This document shows positions 1-9,989 of a stretch of 64,000 bases of DNA, piece by piece. The DNA comes from an uncultured Flavobacteriales bacterium (lineage in GTDB: Bacteria > Bacteroidota > Bacteroidia > Flavobacteriales_F > PHOS-HE28), in the NCBI GenBank assembly GCA_963814325.1, contig CAWFCK010000005.1, positions 131,383-195,382 of the forward strand, given 5' to 3'. The notes beneath the pieces are model-generated. The model ran no database searches, had not been told where the DNA came from, and saw only the letters and a program-made list of their open reading frames with translations. The position numbers were made by a program, and so were the translations under genes. How positions within the stretch are numbered: the stretch's first letter is position 1; every line of letters starts with the position of its first letter.

Positions 1-380
1 AGGGTGTGGAATTGAACACCCCGTTCTGGCTTGTGGCACACCTCGCCACCAGCGAGAACGGCCTGCTGCTGATGGCCACCGGCGGTCCCTTCGAGAAGTT
101 CAGCTGGGCCAAGCACTTCACCCTGGGCTCAAAAGGACTGCCTGCGGAAGAGTGCCCGCCCTATGCCGAGGTATGGGCCACGTTCAAGGAAGTGCATGCC
201 AAGGCCGTGGCGCACATCGCCACGCTGAGCGACGAGGCGTTGAACGGTCCGAACTTGACGAGGCTGCCGCTGATCGGTGATACGATGCGCGATGTGATCA
301 CCCATGCGATCCGGCACGAAGGATCGCACATCGGCCACTTGGGTTGGCTGTGCAAGTTGCACGGCATCAAGACGATGTAA
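1..380 (+). CDS. DinB-family protein, C-terminal part (5' end runs off the window)
   Basis: ORF 6..380 has no upstream stop before the window edge. The C-terminal motif THAIRHEGSHIGHLGWL resembles the His-rich helix of DinB/DinB_2 four-helix-bundle proteins. Confidence 0.6.
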   Translation, partial: GVELNTPFWLVAHLATSENGLLLMATGGPFEKFSWAKHFTLGSKGLPAEECPPYAEVWATFKEVHAKAVAHIATLSDEALNGPNLTRLPLIGDTMRDVITHAIRHEGSHIGHLGWLCKLHGIKTM

Positions 381-471
381 GGCGTTGTCCGCACCGAAGA
401 CCTTGGTTGACGAGCGCGGTGCGCTTACCCCGCTGGCCTGCGCGGTGCTGCACGCGGTGAGCGGCGTGCCC

Positions 472-999
472 ATGCACCTGCTGCATACCGCGCGCATCCG
501 ACGTTCGCACCAGAACTGGTTGCACGCTCCCTGGTACGGATACCATCGCGGTGGCGCTATCACAGTCGGACGCACGATCTGGTTCACGCGCAAGTGGTTC
601 GCACGCGATGGCTTCGGCGATGGCGCGTTGGAAAGCACCTGGCGATGGCTGCTGCACCTGGCGCATGAAGTGGGTCATCTGGCGCAAGCGGAACGCTATG
701 GCCAAGGCCTCTGGGGCCGATCACGTTACGTGGCACATTTCGCACTGGAATATGGCTGGCGCGCGATCACCTTCAAGCGGGCCGTGCATGATGGGGCGTC
801 GTTGGAGATCGAGGCGGACCTTGGCCGCTGGGTGCTCGCTGAGGTCGTGGGTAGGGCCGGAGCAGCGCATCCGTTGGTGCTCGCCGTGCACGAAGGCCGG
901 ACGAACGATGCACAGGCCTGGTGCGAACAGCATGGCGATCGTCTTCAACTAGCAGCGGTCCGCTACCGCGAAGACGTGGGTCCGGAGCACTTCGCCTAG
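472..999 (+). CDS. hypothetical protein with zincin-like HExxH motif (DUF4157-like)
   Basis: Part of ORF 304..999. The segment GGAITVGRTIWFTRKWF...WRWLLHLAHEVGHLAQAERYG resembles the DUF4157 metallopeptidase-like core. The start is ambiguous (ATG 472 or TTG 403). Confidence 0.5.
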   Translation: MHLLHTARIRRSHQNWLHAPWYGYHRGGAITVGRTIWFTRKWFARDGFGDGALESTWRWLLHLAHEVGHLAQAERYGQGLWGRSRYVAHFALEYGWRAITFKRAVHDGASLEIEADLGRWVLAEVVGRAGAAHPLVLAVHEGRTNDAQAWCEQHGDRLQLAAVRYREDVGPEHFA

Positions 1000-1680
1000 C
1001 GATCGAAGGTGGCATCCGGTTCGCCCGTGATGGGGATCATCGGTCCGAGGAAGTGCGGCGAGGAATGGAAGGTCACGTTCAGCACCGCTTTCAGGCAGGC
1101 CATCGGTTCGCGCACGGCACTACCGCGACAACTGCTGCCTTGCGGGGGATCGGCGGACACGCCGATGGCATCGATGCCGATGCTTCTCGCCAGATAAATA
1201 GCACGCGGCAGGTGGAAGGCCTGAGAGATCACCAGCGCATCGCGCACGTCGAAGACCTTGCGGGCGCGAACCATCGTGTCGTACGTATCGAATCCGGCGT
1301 GGTCCAGGAACACATGCTGCGCCGGAACGCCGTGTTGCACGAACCAATCGCGCATCGCGTTCACTTCATCATACTGCTTCGTGCCATGATCGCCGCTTAC
1401 CAACAGCCGCTGCACACGGCCCTGCTCATAGAGGGCGAGTGCCGCGCTCAAGCGTTCCTCCAGGCAGGCGGAGGAATCGTCGCCGTTCACACGGCAACCC
1501 AGCACGATGCCGGTGAAGCGCGCGGGTGCATCCGCGGTGCTGTGGTACATGAACGTCTCCGAGGAATGCCGCACGCGTCGCACGCATGTCCAACATCACG
1601 GCCAGCAGCAGACAGGATCCATAGACGCCTGCGAGCAGCAGGCGCACCGGTCGGTATCCGCTGATGAAGGAACGGATCAC
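996..1680 (-). CDS. sanA: SanA/YdcF-family (DUF218) membrane protein; frame-disrupted near 1570-1585 as sequenced
   Basis: ORF 996..1583 carries the DUF218 core (GIVLGCRVNG...LLVSGDHGTKQYDEVNAMRDW...DHAGFDTYDT). The expected N-terminal TM helix (RLLLAGVYGSCLLLAVML) lies in another frame upstream. A GTG at 1680 overlaps the stop of the upstream gene (GTGA). Confidence 0.75.
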
Positions 1681-2730
1681 CGGGCGACCACCAGTCGGGT
1701 ACCCACCGCGTCGCCTGTGCGCTTCAGCGTATAGACCCCTGGTGCAATGTCGTGCAGGTCCACCATCACCGCGCGTTGCGCAGGTGCGCTGGCGATCCGG
1801 CGGACAAGTCTGCCCTTGCGCATCATACAATGCGATCCCTCGAGCATCGTCGCAGGCCACGGCCACGCGGTCGTTGGCGGGGTTGGGGAACACGGCAGGG
1901 CCGGATGCGCGCACGGGCTGGTCCATGCCCACGCTGACCCCGGGATCATAAACGTAACGCACCGTCAGCGGCTGCCCCAGCAGCGTGGTGATCTGCAGCA
2001 CAGGCTGCACCATGCCAGCGGCCAGCCATTTGTACTCAACGGTTTCGGGACGCGGGAAGGCGAAGCCGAAACCGAACTGATCGACGTACAGCGTATCGCG
2101 GATCATCAAGGTGCTCTTCACACGCAGCACTTCGAACGTATCGGCAGGCAGGTAGAGCGTACCCCAGCCATCCACCTCGTTGTAACGGACCTGTGACTGC
2201 CCGTAGGTGCCGAGTGTGGGCACGATGAGCACGAAGTTGCTCGCGCTGGTATCCTGGTCGCCGTGGTTCAGCGGGAACCGGTAGATGTGATCCACCGGCT
2301 GCCGCTGCACGCTGGCCGGTAGGCCGTTGATGGTGGCGCCGAAACCTACGTTCCGGTAACCCTCGTTGGTCTTTTTGAAATATTCATACACATTCTCCAA
2401 GTTCACCGTTTGAAAGTTGATGGACGCTCCGCGCAGCGCCAGATCGGCGTCATGTTCGGGATAGAAGAAGGCGTTGTTGAAGAAGAACTGATAGAGGAAC
2501 GGCGTGCTTTCCACGCTGACAGCCGTGTCCGCCGCCTCTCCCAGCTGTGTCAGGTATTCGAAATGCCACTCGTGGCCCGGGCCGGTATCACCGCCATCGA
2601 AGTTGGTCGCCGCCCCGGACTGGTAGCGCATGGTATCACCCGCGCTGGGCATATCGCCCGGGCCGATCGTGATCTGCGCGATGGACAGGAGCGGCAGGCA
2701 AGAGGCGAGCGAGAGGGAGAACTTCTTCAT
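1677..2730 (-). CDS. secreted hypothetical protein with T9SS C-terminal sorting domain; 1-nt frame disruption near 1814
   Basis: Signal peptide MKKFSLSLASCLPLLSIAQ. The CTD begins VFPNPANDRVAVACDD...ALYDAQG in ORF 1426..2745. It continues as RLVRRIASAPAQRAVMVDLHDIAPGVYTLKRTGDAVGTRLVVAR-stop in ORF 1677..1949. The switch falls at a CCC/GGG run. Confidence 0.75.
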
Positions 2731-2876
2731 GGTAGCGGCGATCAAGGCCCTGCGAAACTAACGGGATCCGCGGCTGCGCGCGTGACGGGGCCGTTCATCC
2801 GGTGCACGCGGCGCACTACCACCGCTCTGGCAACGTTCTTGCTGACCGGTACCACTGCCTCATACCTTCGCCGTCC

Positions 2877-3506
2877 ATGCGCCATCCCCTGCTCGCCCTC
2901 TATCTTGTATGCACACTTTCCGTCATGGGCCAAGGCAAGGACAAGGTCCGGCCGTTGATCCAGTTCAGCGGCGTGGTGGTCACCGGCGACAGTCTGTTGC
3001 CGGTACCCTTCGCGAGCATTGGCACCAAGGGCAGCTTCCGGGGAACGGTGAGCGACGTCTTTGGCTACTTCAGTTTCGTGGCCCAGGTCGGTGACACGTT
3101 GCAGTTCGCCGCTGTGGGTTTCAAGCGCGACTGGTATGCCATTCCGGACAGCATGACGGCCTCGAAGTATTCGATCATCCACGTGATGCATCCGGACACG
3201 ATCATGCTGGATCCGTTGATGGTATATCCGTGGCCCACGAAGGAACAGTTCGCCGATGCGTTCATGAACCTGCGGTTGAACGATGATGATTACCAGACCG
3301 CACTCAAACGCCTGAGCACGGCCGAGGTGCTGCAACGCATGGAGAACATGCCGCCGGACGCTGGGTTGAGCCAGCAATACGCCATGGCCGTGGAGAACAC
3401 GCGTCTCTACAACCAGGGCTCCGCTCCCACCATCGGATTGCTGAACCCCATTGCCTGGGCACAATTCATGCAGGCGTGGCGATCGGGGAAGTTCAAGAAG
3501 AAGTAG
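2877..3506 (+). CDS. carboxypeptidase-regulatory-like domain protein (secreted)
   Basis: ATG 2877 gives the signal peptide MRHPLLALYLVCTLSVMGQ. The segment FSGVVVTGDSLLPVPFASIG...GYFSFVAQVGDTLQFAAVGF is typical of the CarboxypepD_reg fold. Confidence 0.7.
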   Translation: MRHPLLALYLVCTLSVMGQGKDKVRPLIQFSGVVVTGDSLLPVPFASIGTKGSFRGTVSDVFGYFSFVAQVGDTLQFAAVGFKRDWYAIPDSMTASKYSIIHVMHPDTIMLDPLMVYPWPTKEQFADAFMNLRLNDDDYQTALKRLSTAEVLQRMENMPPDAGLSQQYAMAVENTRLYNQGSAPTIGLLNPIAWAQFMQAWRSGKFKKK

Positions 3507-3533
3507 ACAGGTGAGCTGTTGTCGGGGGTAGCT

Positions 3534-3589
3534 GATTCGGGATTCCGGATTCCTGATTCCTCTATCCTTGATCCCTCATTCCTGATCCT
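3534..3589. repeat. degenerate heptanucleotide tandem repeat (GATTCCT-like, about 8 units)
   Basis: The units read gattcgg gattccg gattcct gattcct ctatcct tgatccc tcattcc tgatcct. The repeat is intergenic. Confidence 0.7.
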
Positions 3590-3666
3590 GGCAGTTTGAT
3601 GCATGTTGCTTTTCGCCTTGATCGAACGGATGCTCCGTTAGCGTGTACGGGGGCGAAAATCCGAAC

Positions 3667-4641
3667 ATGCTCGTCACGCGCACACTCCTACTGACCACCG
3701 CGATCGCGATCGCCATCCATGCCCGCCCACAGGCCATGGGAAACCTGTACTATGAGGCCAACAGCCGGATGTTCTTCCAACAAGCCGAACAGGCGGTGAA
3801 GGCCACCATCAATGGCAACACGCTCACGCTGGAAGTGAACGCCATGATGAACGTAAAGGCCGACAGCTACCTGGCCATCTTCAATGTCACGCAGCTCGGT
3901 CAATCCGCGGAGGAAGCGGACAGCCTGCTCAGCGAACGGATCGGCTCCATGATCGATCGTGTGCGCAAGGATGGGGTGATGGACGCGGACGTGTTCACCG
4001 ACATGCTCTCCTTCGTTCCGGTGTATGAAGTGGAGACCACGCGCAAATTATTCAGCCGCACGTATCAGGAAGTGCCCGCCGGGTTCGAGATCCAGAAGAA
4101 CATCCACATCCGCTTCACCGACGCGCGGATCCTGGACAAGCTGGTGACCGCTGCGGCCAAGGAGGGGATCTACGACCTGGTGAAGGTGGACTTCTTCGTG
4201 GCGCATCAAAGCGAGGCCTATGACACCTTGCGGATCTTCGCCACGAAACTCCTGCAGAAGAAACTGGAGAACTTCGAAAAGCTGGGCATCAAGGTGGAGA
4301 AGAGCCATCGGATGGCGGCGGAGAAGAACGGCGCATACTTTCCGCTGGACCGTTATGCCGCGTACCAGGGCCATACACAATCATCGCTCAACAGCAAACG
4401 CAAGGGTCAATTGGTGAACGACATCCGCAAGCCGAACACGCTGTTCTACAACAAGGTACCGTACGGCAACTTTGACATCGTCCTGCATGCGGAGATCACC
4501 GAGCCGCCGGTGCAATACACGTACAACCTCACCATCCAGTGCGAACTGCCGCCGGACGTGAAGGAAAAGGAGGTGAAGGAGGTGGTGAAATACCTCTGGA
4601 TCACCGACAAGGGCGATGCGAAGACCTTGATGCTGCCCTGA
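3667..4641 (+). CDS. secreted hypothetical protein, possible SIMPL/DUF541-like domain
   Basis: ATG 3667 gives the signal-like N-terminus MLVTRTLLLTTAIAIAIHA. The layout (TLTLEVNAMMNVKADSYLAIFNV...AEEADSLLSERIGSMIDRVRKDGV...) resembles SIMPL-family proteins. This family call is from memory only. Confidence 0.55.
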   Translation: MLVTRTLLLTTAIAIAIHARPQAMGNLYYEANSRMFFQQAEQAVKATINGNTLTLEVNAMMNVKADSYLAIFNVTQLGQSAEEADSLLSERIGSMIDRVRKDGVMDADVFTDMLSFVPVYEVETTRKLFSRTYQEVPAGFEIQKNIHIRFTDARILDKLVTAAAKEGIYDLVKVDFFVAHQSEAYDTLRIFATKLLQKKLENFEKLGIKVEKSHRMAAEKNGAYFPLDRYAAYQGHTQSSLNSKRKGQLVNDIRKPNTLFYNKVPYGNFDIVLHAEITEPPVQYTYNLTIQCELPPDVKEKEVKEVVKYLWITDKGDAKTLMLP

Positions 4642-4698
4642 TCGTCCGGGCCTGACGAATGACATGGTGGCCTCGGCGGGCTTGGGTAGTTTCGCGGT

Positions 4699-5784
4699 GT
4701 GGAACCATTCAAGCTCGCCGGGGCCTGTGCCCTGCTCCTGCTCATCGGCTGCAAGCCTGATACGGAGACCCTCACGCCCACCATCGGCCCCATCACGGAA
4801 AGCGTTTACGCCAGCGGCGTGATCAAGGCACAGGGCCAATACCAGGTATATCCCACGGTGAACGGCACCGTTACCGCCCTACTGGTGAAAGAGGGTGATA
4901 CCATAAAAGCGGGACAGGCCCTGCTCCGCATCGACGACCGCAGCAGCAACCTCACCAACCGCAGTGCCGGGGCGCAGGTCCGATTGCTCGATCGGAATGC
5001 GGGCGAGAACGGCCCCGTGTTGTCACAGCTGCGCGAAGCGGTGTCGCAGGCGAAGGACAAATACGTCCTGGACAGCACGAACTACGCGCGTCAGAAAGCG
5101 CTGTGGGCACAACAGATCGGCAGTCGCAACGACCTCGACCTGCGCGAACTGGCATTCAACACGAGCAAAGCGAACTACACGCGGGCGAAGGAAGCGCTCA
5201 GCGAAACGCGCGAACGTCTGCGTACCGAGCTGGACGTAGCGCGCAACAATGCCGCCATCAGCAGCGCCGGTAACGACGATCGCTCGCCGCGTAGCCTGAT
5301 CGATGGCCTGGTTTACGACCTGATGATCGAGCCGGGCGAACTGGCCACCACCCAACGCGCGGTGGCGGTGATCGGCAGCGCCTCCGACCTGTACATCGAA
5401 CTGGAGGTGGACGAGTACGATATCCGCCAGGTGAAGTCCGGTCAGCTCACCTACATCACGTTGGACAGCTACGCAGGCCAGGTCTTCTCCGCGGAGATCA
5501 CCCGCGTGATTCCCTTGATGGATCCGCGCTCTCGCACCTTCAAAGTGGAAGCGCGCTTCACCGAAAAGCCCCCCACCCTTTACCCCAACCTCACGGCCGA
5601 AGCCAGCATTGTGCTGCGGGTGAAGGAGAAAGCGCTCACTGTGCCTGCGGGCTATGTGGTGGATGGAGCTTACGTGCTCACTGGTCCGGGTGAACGCCAG
5701 CCTGTAAAGCTCGGTGCACGCGACATGGAAAAGGTGGAAGTACTGGAAGGCATCGACGCGAACACCGAGCTATACAAGCCTTGA
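4699..5784 (+). CDS. efflux transporter periplasmic adaptor (HlyD/MacA-like), lipoprotein
   Basis: GTG start, lipobox LLLIGC. The barrel-sandwich and coiled-coil pattern (VNGTVTALLVKEGDTIKAGQALLRIDD...) is present, followed by a C-terminal beta-barrel region. Confidence 0.85.
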   Translation: MEPFKLAGACALLLLIGCKPDTETLTPTIGPITESVYASGVIKAQGQYQVYPTVNGTVTALLVKEGDTIKAGQALLRIDDRSSNLTNRSAGAQVRLLDRNAGENGPVLSQLREAVSQAKDKYVLDSTNYARQKALWAQQIGSRNDLDLRELAFNTSKANYTRAKEALSETRERLRTELDVARNNAAISSAGNDDRSPRSLIDGLVYDLMIEPGELATTQRAVAVIGSASDLYIELEVDEYDIRQVKSGQLTYITLDSYAGQVFSAEITRVIPLMDPRSRTFKVEARFTEKPPTLYPNLTAEASIVLRVKEKALTVPAGYVVDGAYVLTGPGERQPVKLGARDMEKVEVLEGIDANTELYKP

Positions 5785-5789
5785 ACATG

Positions 5790-5900
5790 GAGGCCGCAAA
5801 GGCGCAGGGACGCAGAGGCCAAACGCGAACGGGCGGTTCATCCACGCGCTGCCCCGCATCAACACGCAGTTGTCTTCGCCTCCGCGCCTCTGCGGCCCAT
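5790..5900. repeat. intergenic repeat sharing words with the 13.1-15.1 kb mosaic repeat (inverted orientation)
   Basis: Contains acgcagaggcc, ggttcatccacgcg and cgcgcctctgcgg. These match reverse-complement words of the CTCTGYG and GGATGAA sub-repeats. Confidence 0.45.
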
Positions 5901-5905
5901 CGATC

Positions 5906-7177
5906 ATGAAGCTCCTCCTCTCCATTGCCCTCACCCTGCTCCGCGCCAAACTGCGGCAGAGCATCGTTGCGGCCGTGGGCGTGATGTTCAGCATCACCAT
6001 GTTCGTTACGCTGCTGGGCTTCATGAACGGATTGAATGACCTATTGGACGGCCTGATCCTGAACCGCACCCCGCACATCCGGTTGTACAATGAATTGAAG
6101 GCATCACCTGTGCAGCCGATCGAAGAGGCCTTCGCACATCGGTCAGTGGCCGGCGCCGACAGCGCGCACCATTTCATCAGCTCACTCAAGCCGAAGAACG
6201 ACCTGCCACGGTTGCGCAACGCAGAGGCGATGATGGAAGCGTTGAAGAAGGACCCACGCGTGCTGGCCGTTTCACCACGGCTGGTTGCGCAGGTCTTTTT
6301 CAACTCCGGAACGGTGGACCTCAACGGCCAGGTGAACGGGGTCGACGTGCCTCAGGAGGTGCTGTATTACAAGTTCGGCGACTACCTCACCCAGGGCGAT
6401 CCGCGCGACCTGGCCGTGGGCAACAACACCATTGCACTGGGCAAGGGGCTGGCGGACATGATGGAGACGGGCATAGGCGAGACCGTGCAAGTGACCACAG
6501 CCTCGGGCGATCGGGCACTGTTGCGCGTGGTGGGTATCTTCCAAAGCGGCATCGCGGACTATGACAAGGTGCAGTGCTACGCCAACATCAAGACGGTGCA
6601 AAAGCTACTGGCCCGCCCGAGCAGCTACTACACCGACATCAACGTAAAGCTGCACGACCTGCTGATGGCTCCGGCCATGGCGAAGGAACTCACCGCGCGG
6701 TTCCATGTGGACGCGTTGGATGTACAGCGGGCCAACGCGCAGTTCGAGACCGGCAGTAATGTGCGCAGCATCATCAGCTACTCGGTGGGTGTCGTGCTGT
6801 TGATCGTGGCGGGCTTCGGCATCTACAACATCCTGAACATGATGATCTATGAGAAGCTCGATGCCATCGCGATACTGAAGGCCACGGGCTTCAGCGGCAG
6901 CGATGTGCGCAGGATCTTCCTGCTGTTGAGCATGATCATCGGCCTTGTCGGCGGGATCACCGGGCTTATCGGCGGGGTTACGATGCAGCACATCATCGAC
7001 AACATCCCCTTCGTCACCGCTGCGCTACCCACGGTGAAGACCTTCCCCATCGACTACTCGCCGAAGTACTACATCATCGCCGTCACCTTCGCGCTCATCA
7101 CCACCTGGATCGCCGGTTGGTTCCCGGCGCGCAAAGCCAGCCAGGTGGACCCCGTGGAGATCATCCGAGGAAAATGA
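5906..7177 (+). CDS. ABC transporter permease, FtsX/MacB-LolE-like
   Basis: ATG 5906 within ORF 5714..7177. There is an N-terminal TM helix, a large periplasmic domain and a C-terminal FtsX 3-TM bundle (GFGIYNILNMMIYEKLDAIAILKATG). Confidence 0.9.
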   Translation: MKLLLSIALTLLRAKLRQSIVAAVGVMFSITMFVTLLGFMNGLNDLLDGLILNRTPHIRLYNELKASPVQPIEEAFAHRSVAGADSAHHFISSLKPKNDLPRLRNAEAMMEALKKDPRVLAVSPRLVAQVFFNSGTVDLNGQVNGVDVPQEVLYYKFGDYLTQGDPRDLAVGNNTIALGKGLADMMETGIGETVQVTTASGDRALLRVVGIFQSGIADYDKVQCYANIKTVQKLLARPSSYYTDINVKLHDLLMAPAMAKELTARFHVDALDVQRANAQFETGSNVRSIISYSVGVVLLIVAGFGIYNILNMMIYEKLDAIAILKATGFSGSDVRRIFLLLSMIIGLVGGITGLIGGVTMQHIIDNIPFVTAALPTVKTFPIDYSPKYYIIAVTFALITTWIAGWFPARKASQVDPVEIIRGK

Positions 7178-7857
7178 GCGCCAACAACAACATCCTGGAG
7201 GTACGGAATGTGAACAAGTCGTTCCACGACCCCGTGACCGTGCCGGTGCTGAAGGATGTTTCGCTGGATGTGAAACAGGGCGAATTCGTGAGCATCACGG
7301 GCAAGAGCGGTTGTGGCAAGAGCACACTGCTCTACATCATCAGCACCATGGACACCAACTTCGAGGGCGAGGTGATGATCGATGGCGAGCCCACGCGCGG
7401 GCTTTCCGGGGCGCGGTTGGCGGAGATCCGCAACGAGAAGATCGGCTTCGTGTTCCAGTTCCACTACCTGTTACCCGAGTTCAGCGTGCTGAAGAACGTG
7501 ATGCTGCCCGGATTGAAGCTGGGCCGCCACAGCGCAGAGGAAGTGGAAGCGCGCGCCATGGGCCTGCTGAAGGAGCTGGAAATGGATGAGCACGCGGTGA
7601 AAATGGCCAATCAACTAAGTGGTGGCCAGAAGCAACGCGTGGCCATAGCCCGATCGCTGATCAACGACCCCATGATCATCATGGGCGATGAGCCCACAGG
7701 CAACCTGGACAGTCGCAACAGCGGCATCGTATTCGACATCTTCAAGAAGATCGCGTCAGAGCACAAACGCAGCCTCCTGGTGGTCACGCACGATCAGGAC
7801 TTCGCGGCGCGCACCGACCGCGAGATCCTCATGGATGACGGCCGCATCGTGGGCTGA
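7174..7857 (+). CDS. ABC transporter ATP-binding protein (LolD/MacB-type)
   Basis: ATG 7174 overlaps the permease stop (ATGA). Walker A GKSGCGKST, signature LSGGQKQR and Walker B IIMGDEPT are all present. Confidence 0.93.
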   Translation: MSANNNILEVRNVNKSFHDPVTVPVLKDVSLDVKQGEFVSITGKSGCGKSTLLYIISTMDTNFEGEVMIDGEPTRGLSGARLAEIRNEKIGFVFQFHYLLPEFSVLKNVMLPGLKLGRHSAEEVEARAMGLLKELEMDEHAVKMANQLSGGQKQRVAIARSLINDPMIIMGDEPTGNLDSRNSGIVFDIFKKIASEHKRSLLVVTHDQDFAARTDREILMDDGRIVG

Positions 7858-7979
7858 GCCGCGGATGCATGCGTCCCCGGAGGGCCCATAAACCCCTGAA
7901 CATCAGGTGGCGGACAGGTGCTTTGCACGATCGGCACGCGCGTTGCCATATTCGCACCGCCTGCAAAAAGGCATTCGAA

Positions 7980-8591
7980 ATGAAAAAGATGATGACCACC
8001 CTGGCCTTCGCAACAACCACCGTGATCGCCAGCGCACAGTTCCAAGTGAACCCCCAGATCGGGCTCAACTTCCAGAAAGTCACCGACGCCAAACCAGGCA
8101 GCGATTTCAAGGCCGCCCTTGGATGGACGTTGGGTGCGGATGCCCGCATCGGAGACCGTTTGTTCCTGCAACCCGGTGTCTTCATCGGGCGCAACGCCAC
8201 CACGATGAGCTTCGGTGAAGGCACGGCCGTTGCCGTGAAGGACGACCTGATCCGCACCACGTTGAAGCTTCGCGCCATGGCCGGTTATCGCATCATCGAT
8301 ACCTACCAGTTCGACATGCGCTTCATGCTCGGACCCAGCTATGATGTGCTGATGAGCGTGGACAGCAAGGACAACAACATCGACTGGAACCGTGGCGACT
8401 TCAACGCCGGCTCCTTCAACATCGAAGCTGGATTCGGGTTCGACATGGGCCTCTTCACCCTGGCTCCCACAGCGAGCTTCGGTCTGAGCAAGGTGTTCAA
8501 GGACAACCCGAACATCAGCAACGTGGATAGCAAATACATGACCTATGGCCTCACCATCGGCATGAACTTCGGCGACGACGACGCGCAGTAA
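7980..8591 (+). CDS. small outer-membrane beta-barrel protein (porin-family)
   Basis: Signal peptide MKKMMTTLAFATTTVIASAQ. Amphipathic strands alternate, and the C-terminal strand is YGLTIGMNF. Confidence 0.75.
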   Translation: MKKMMTTLAFATTTVIASAQFQVNPQIGLNFQKVTDAKPGSDFKAALGWTLGADARIGDRLFLQPGVFIGRNATTMSFGEGTAVAVKDDLIRTTLKLRAMAGYRIIDTYQFDMRFMLGPSYDVLMSVDSKDNNIDWNRGDFNAGSFNIEAGFGFDMGLFTLAPTASFGLSKVFKDNPNISNVDSKYMTYGLTIGMNFGDDDAQ

Positions 8592-8605
8592 CGGTCCATT
8601 ACCAT

Positions 8606-8645
8606 CAAAAAGGAAAGCCGCCCCACGGGGCGGCTTTCTCGTTCC
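8606..8645. terminator. bidirectional intrinsic terminator between convergent genes
   Basis: Hairpin gaaagccgcccc/ggggcggctttc at 8613-8638, flanked by an A-run upstream and a T-rich tract downstream. Confidence 0.7.
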
Positions 8646-8657
8646 GGTCAGCTTGCA

Positions 8658-9881
8658 TCAATCCACTTTGACCACGCGGCTTGTATGGATCTGCGTCCCT
8701 TGTATACGCATGGTGTACATGCCGTTGGGCAGGGCGGAGAGGTCCAGCACAAGGGCGCCGGGGATCGCGTTCATCTGCAACACCGAGCGCCCGGCAGCAT
8801 CCAACAACGTCAAGGAACTGCGTTCTTCGATGCGCACGTTCAACAGTCCCATCGTTGGGTTCGGGTATGCAACAGGTTGTGCGGCGATCGCTGCATCTGC
8901 GATCGTCAACGGCAACTGACCGCAGCTGATCTGGTTGCCACAGACCACATCGGCGCAGAAGCGGGCAACGGCACCGAAGGCATTTTCCGTGTCGTAGGTA
9001 AGGTAACCGACATGTTGCGCGCCCGGATAGCTCACGAAACAGTTGTCAATGCCCTCGTGGTCCAAACGACGATGCACATCGCTGCTGCCCGAGGCCATCA
9101 ACCCGGTGGGGATGCCGATCACGCTCACCTCTTCGGTGCCATAGGGCACCACGCCATCACCTTCCTCGTGTATGCTTATGCATGGTTGATCGCCGGGTTG
9201 GATCCAGGTGGTGTCGCCGATGGCGCCGCTCATGCTCCAGCAGGCCATCACATCGCTTGAATAGCCGGACCAGCCGCTGTTGCCTTCGATGGCGCCAATG
9301 GTCAGCGTGTCAGGATAAAGGATGGGAGGGATCTCCGACGACTGGTCGAGGTAGGTGACGTGGAGTGCGCCGATGCCCCCGGCACTTATGCCACCCACGA
9401 TGATGCGATCCGGATCGATCAGGTACGGGTTGGCGTCCACCTCCGCCGTCTTGCGCAGAAAGCGAATGGCGGCGCGCAGATCATGCACGCAGCGGATCAC
9501 GGCGAGTTGGGTGGTGTGCGCATTGGGGAAGAAGAATCCCACCCTGTAATCAGGTGCTACAGCCACATAACCCAGGTGGGCCAGACGTTCGCAGAGGTCG
9601 GCCACATCGCTTCGCTGGCCAGTGATGAAGGAGCCCCCGAAGGCCACCAGGACCACGGGCCGTGCAGTAAGCGCATCCCCAACGGGTTGATAGATGTCCA
9701 TGCGCAGGGTCTGCGAGCCGCCACCGGATACAGGTGTGTTGCTGCCGAAGGTCACGGCGGACGTGACCATCACTGAATCGAAGTGCATCGGATCGAGGTA
9801 GCGACCATCGCTGCACTCGGATTGAGCGAACAGCGAGGATGCAAGCCCCGTGGCGATCAAGAGGGCGGAAAGATGTTTCAT
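8658..9881 (-). CDS. alpha/beta hydrolase (carboxylesterase-like) with T9SS C-terminal sorting domain
   Basis: Signal peptide MKHLSALLIATGLASSLFAQ. Nucleophile elbow GGISAGG. CTD YPNPTMGLLNVRIEE...MYTMRIQGTQIHTSRVVKVD. Confidence 0.85.
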   Translation of the reverse strand: MKHLSALLIATGLASSLFAQSECSDGRYLDPMHFDSVMVTSAVTFGSNTPVSGGGSQTLRMDIYQPVGDALTARPVVLVAFGGSFITGQRSDVADLCERLAHLGYVAVAPDYRVGFFFPNAHTTQLAVIRCVHDLRAAIRFLRKTAEVDANPYLIDPDRIIVGGISAGGIGALHVTYLDQSSEIPPILYPDTLTIGAIEGNSGWSGYSSDVMACWSMSGAIGDTTWIQPGDQPCISIHEEGDGVVPYGTEEVSVIGIPTGLMASGSSDVHRRLDHEGIDNCFVSYPGAQHVGYLTYDTENAFGAVARFCADVVCGNQISCGQLPLTIADAAIAAQPVAYPNPTMGLLNVRIEERSSLTLLDAAGRSVLQMNAIPGALVLDLSALPNGMYTMRIQGTQIHTSRVVKVD

Positions 9882-9989
9882 GCGCTTGGACAAGTTTGGA
9901 CGCAAAGTAGGCCTTCCAGCAGTTCCGTCAGGCAGTCGCGACCAATGACCGTGATCGGTCGATGTATGGCTCCGGAACGTCCGTCGGGC

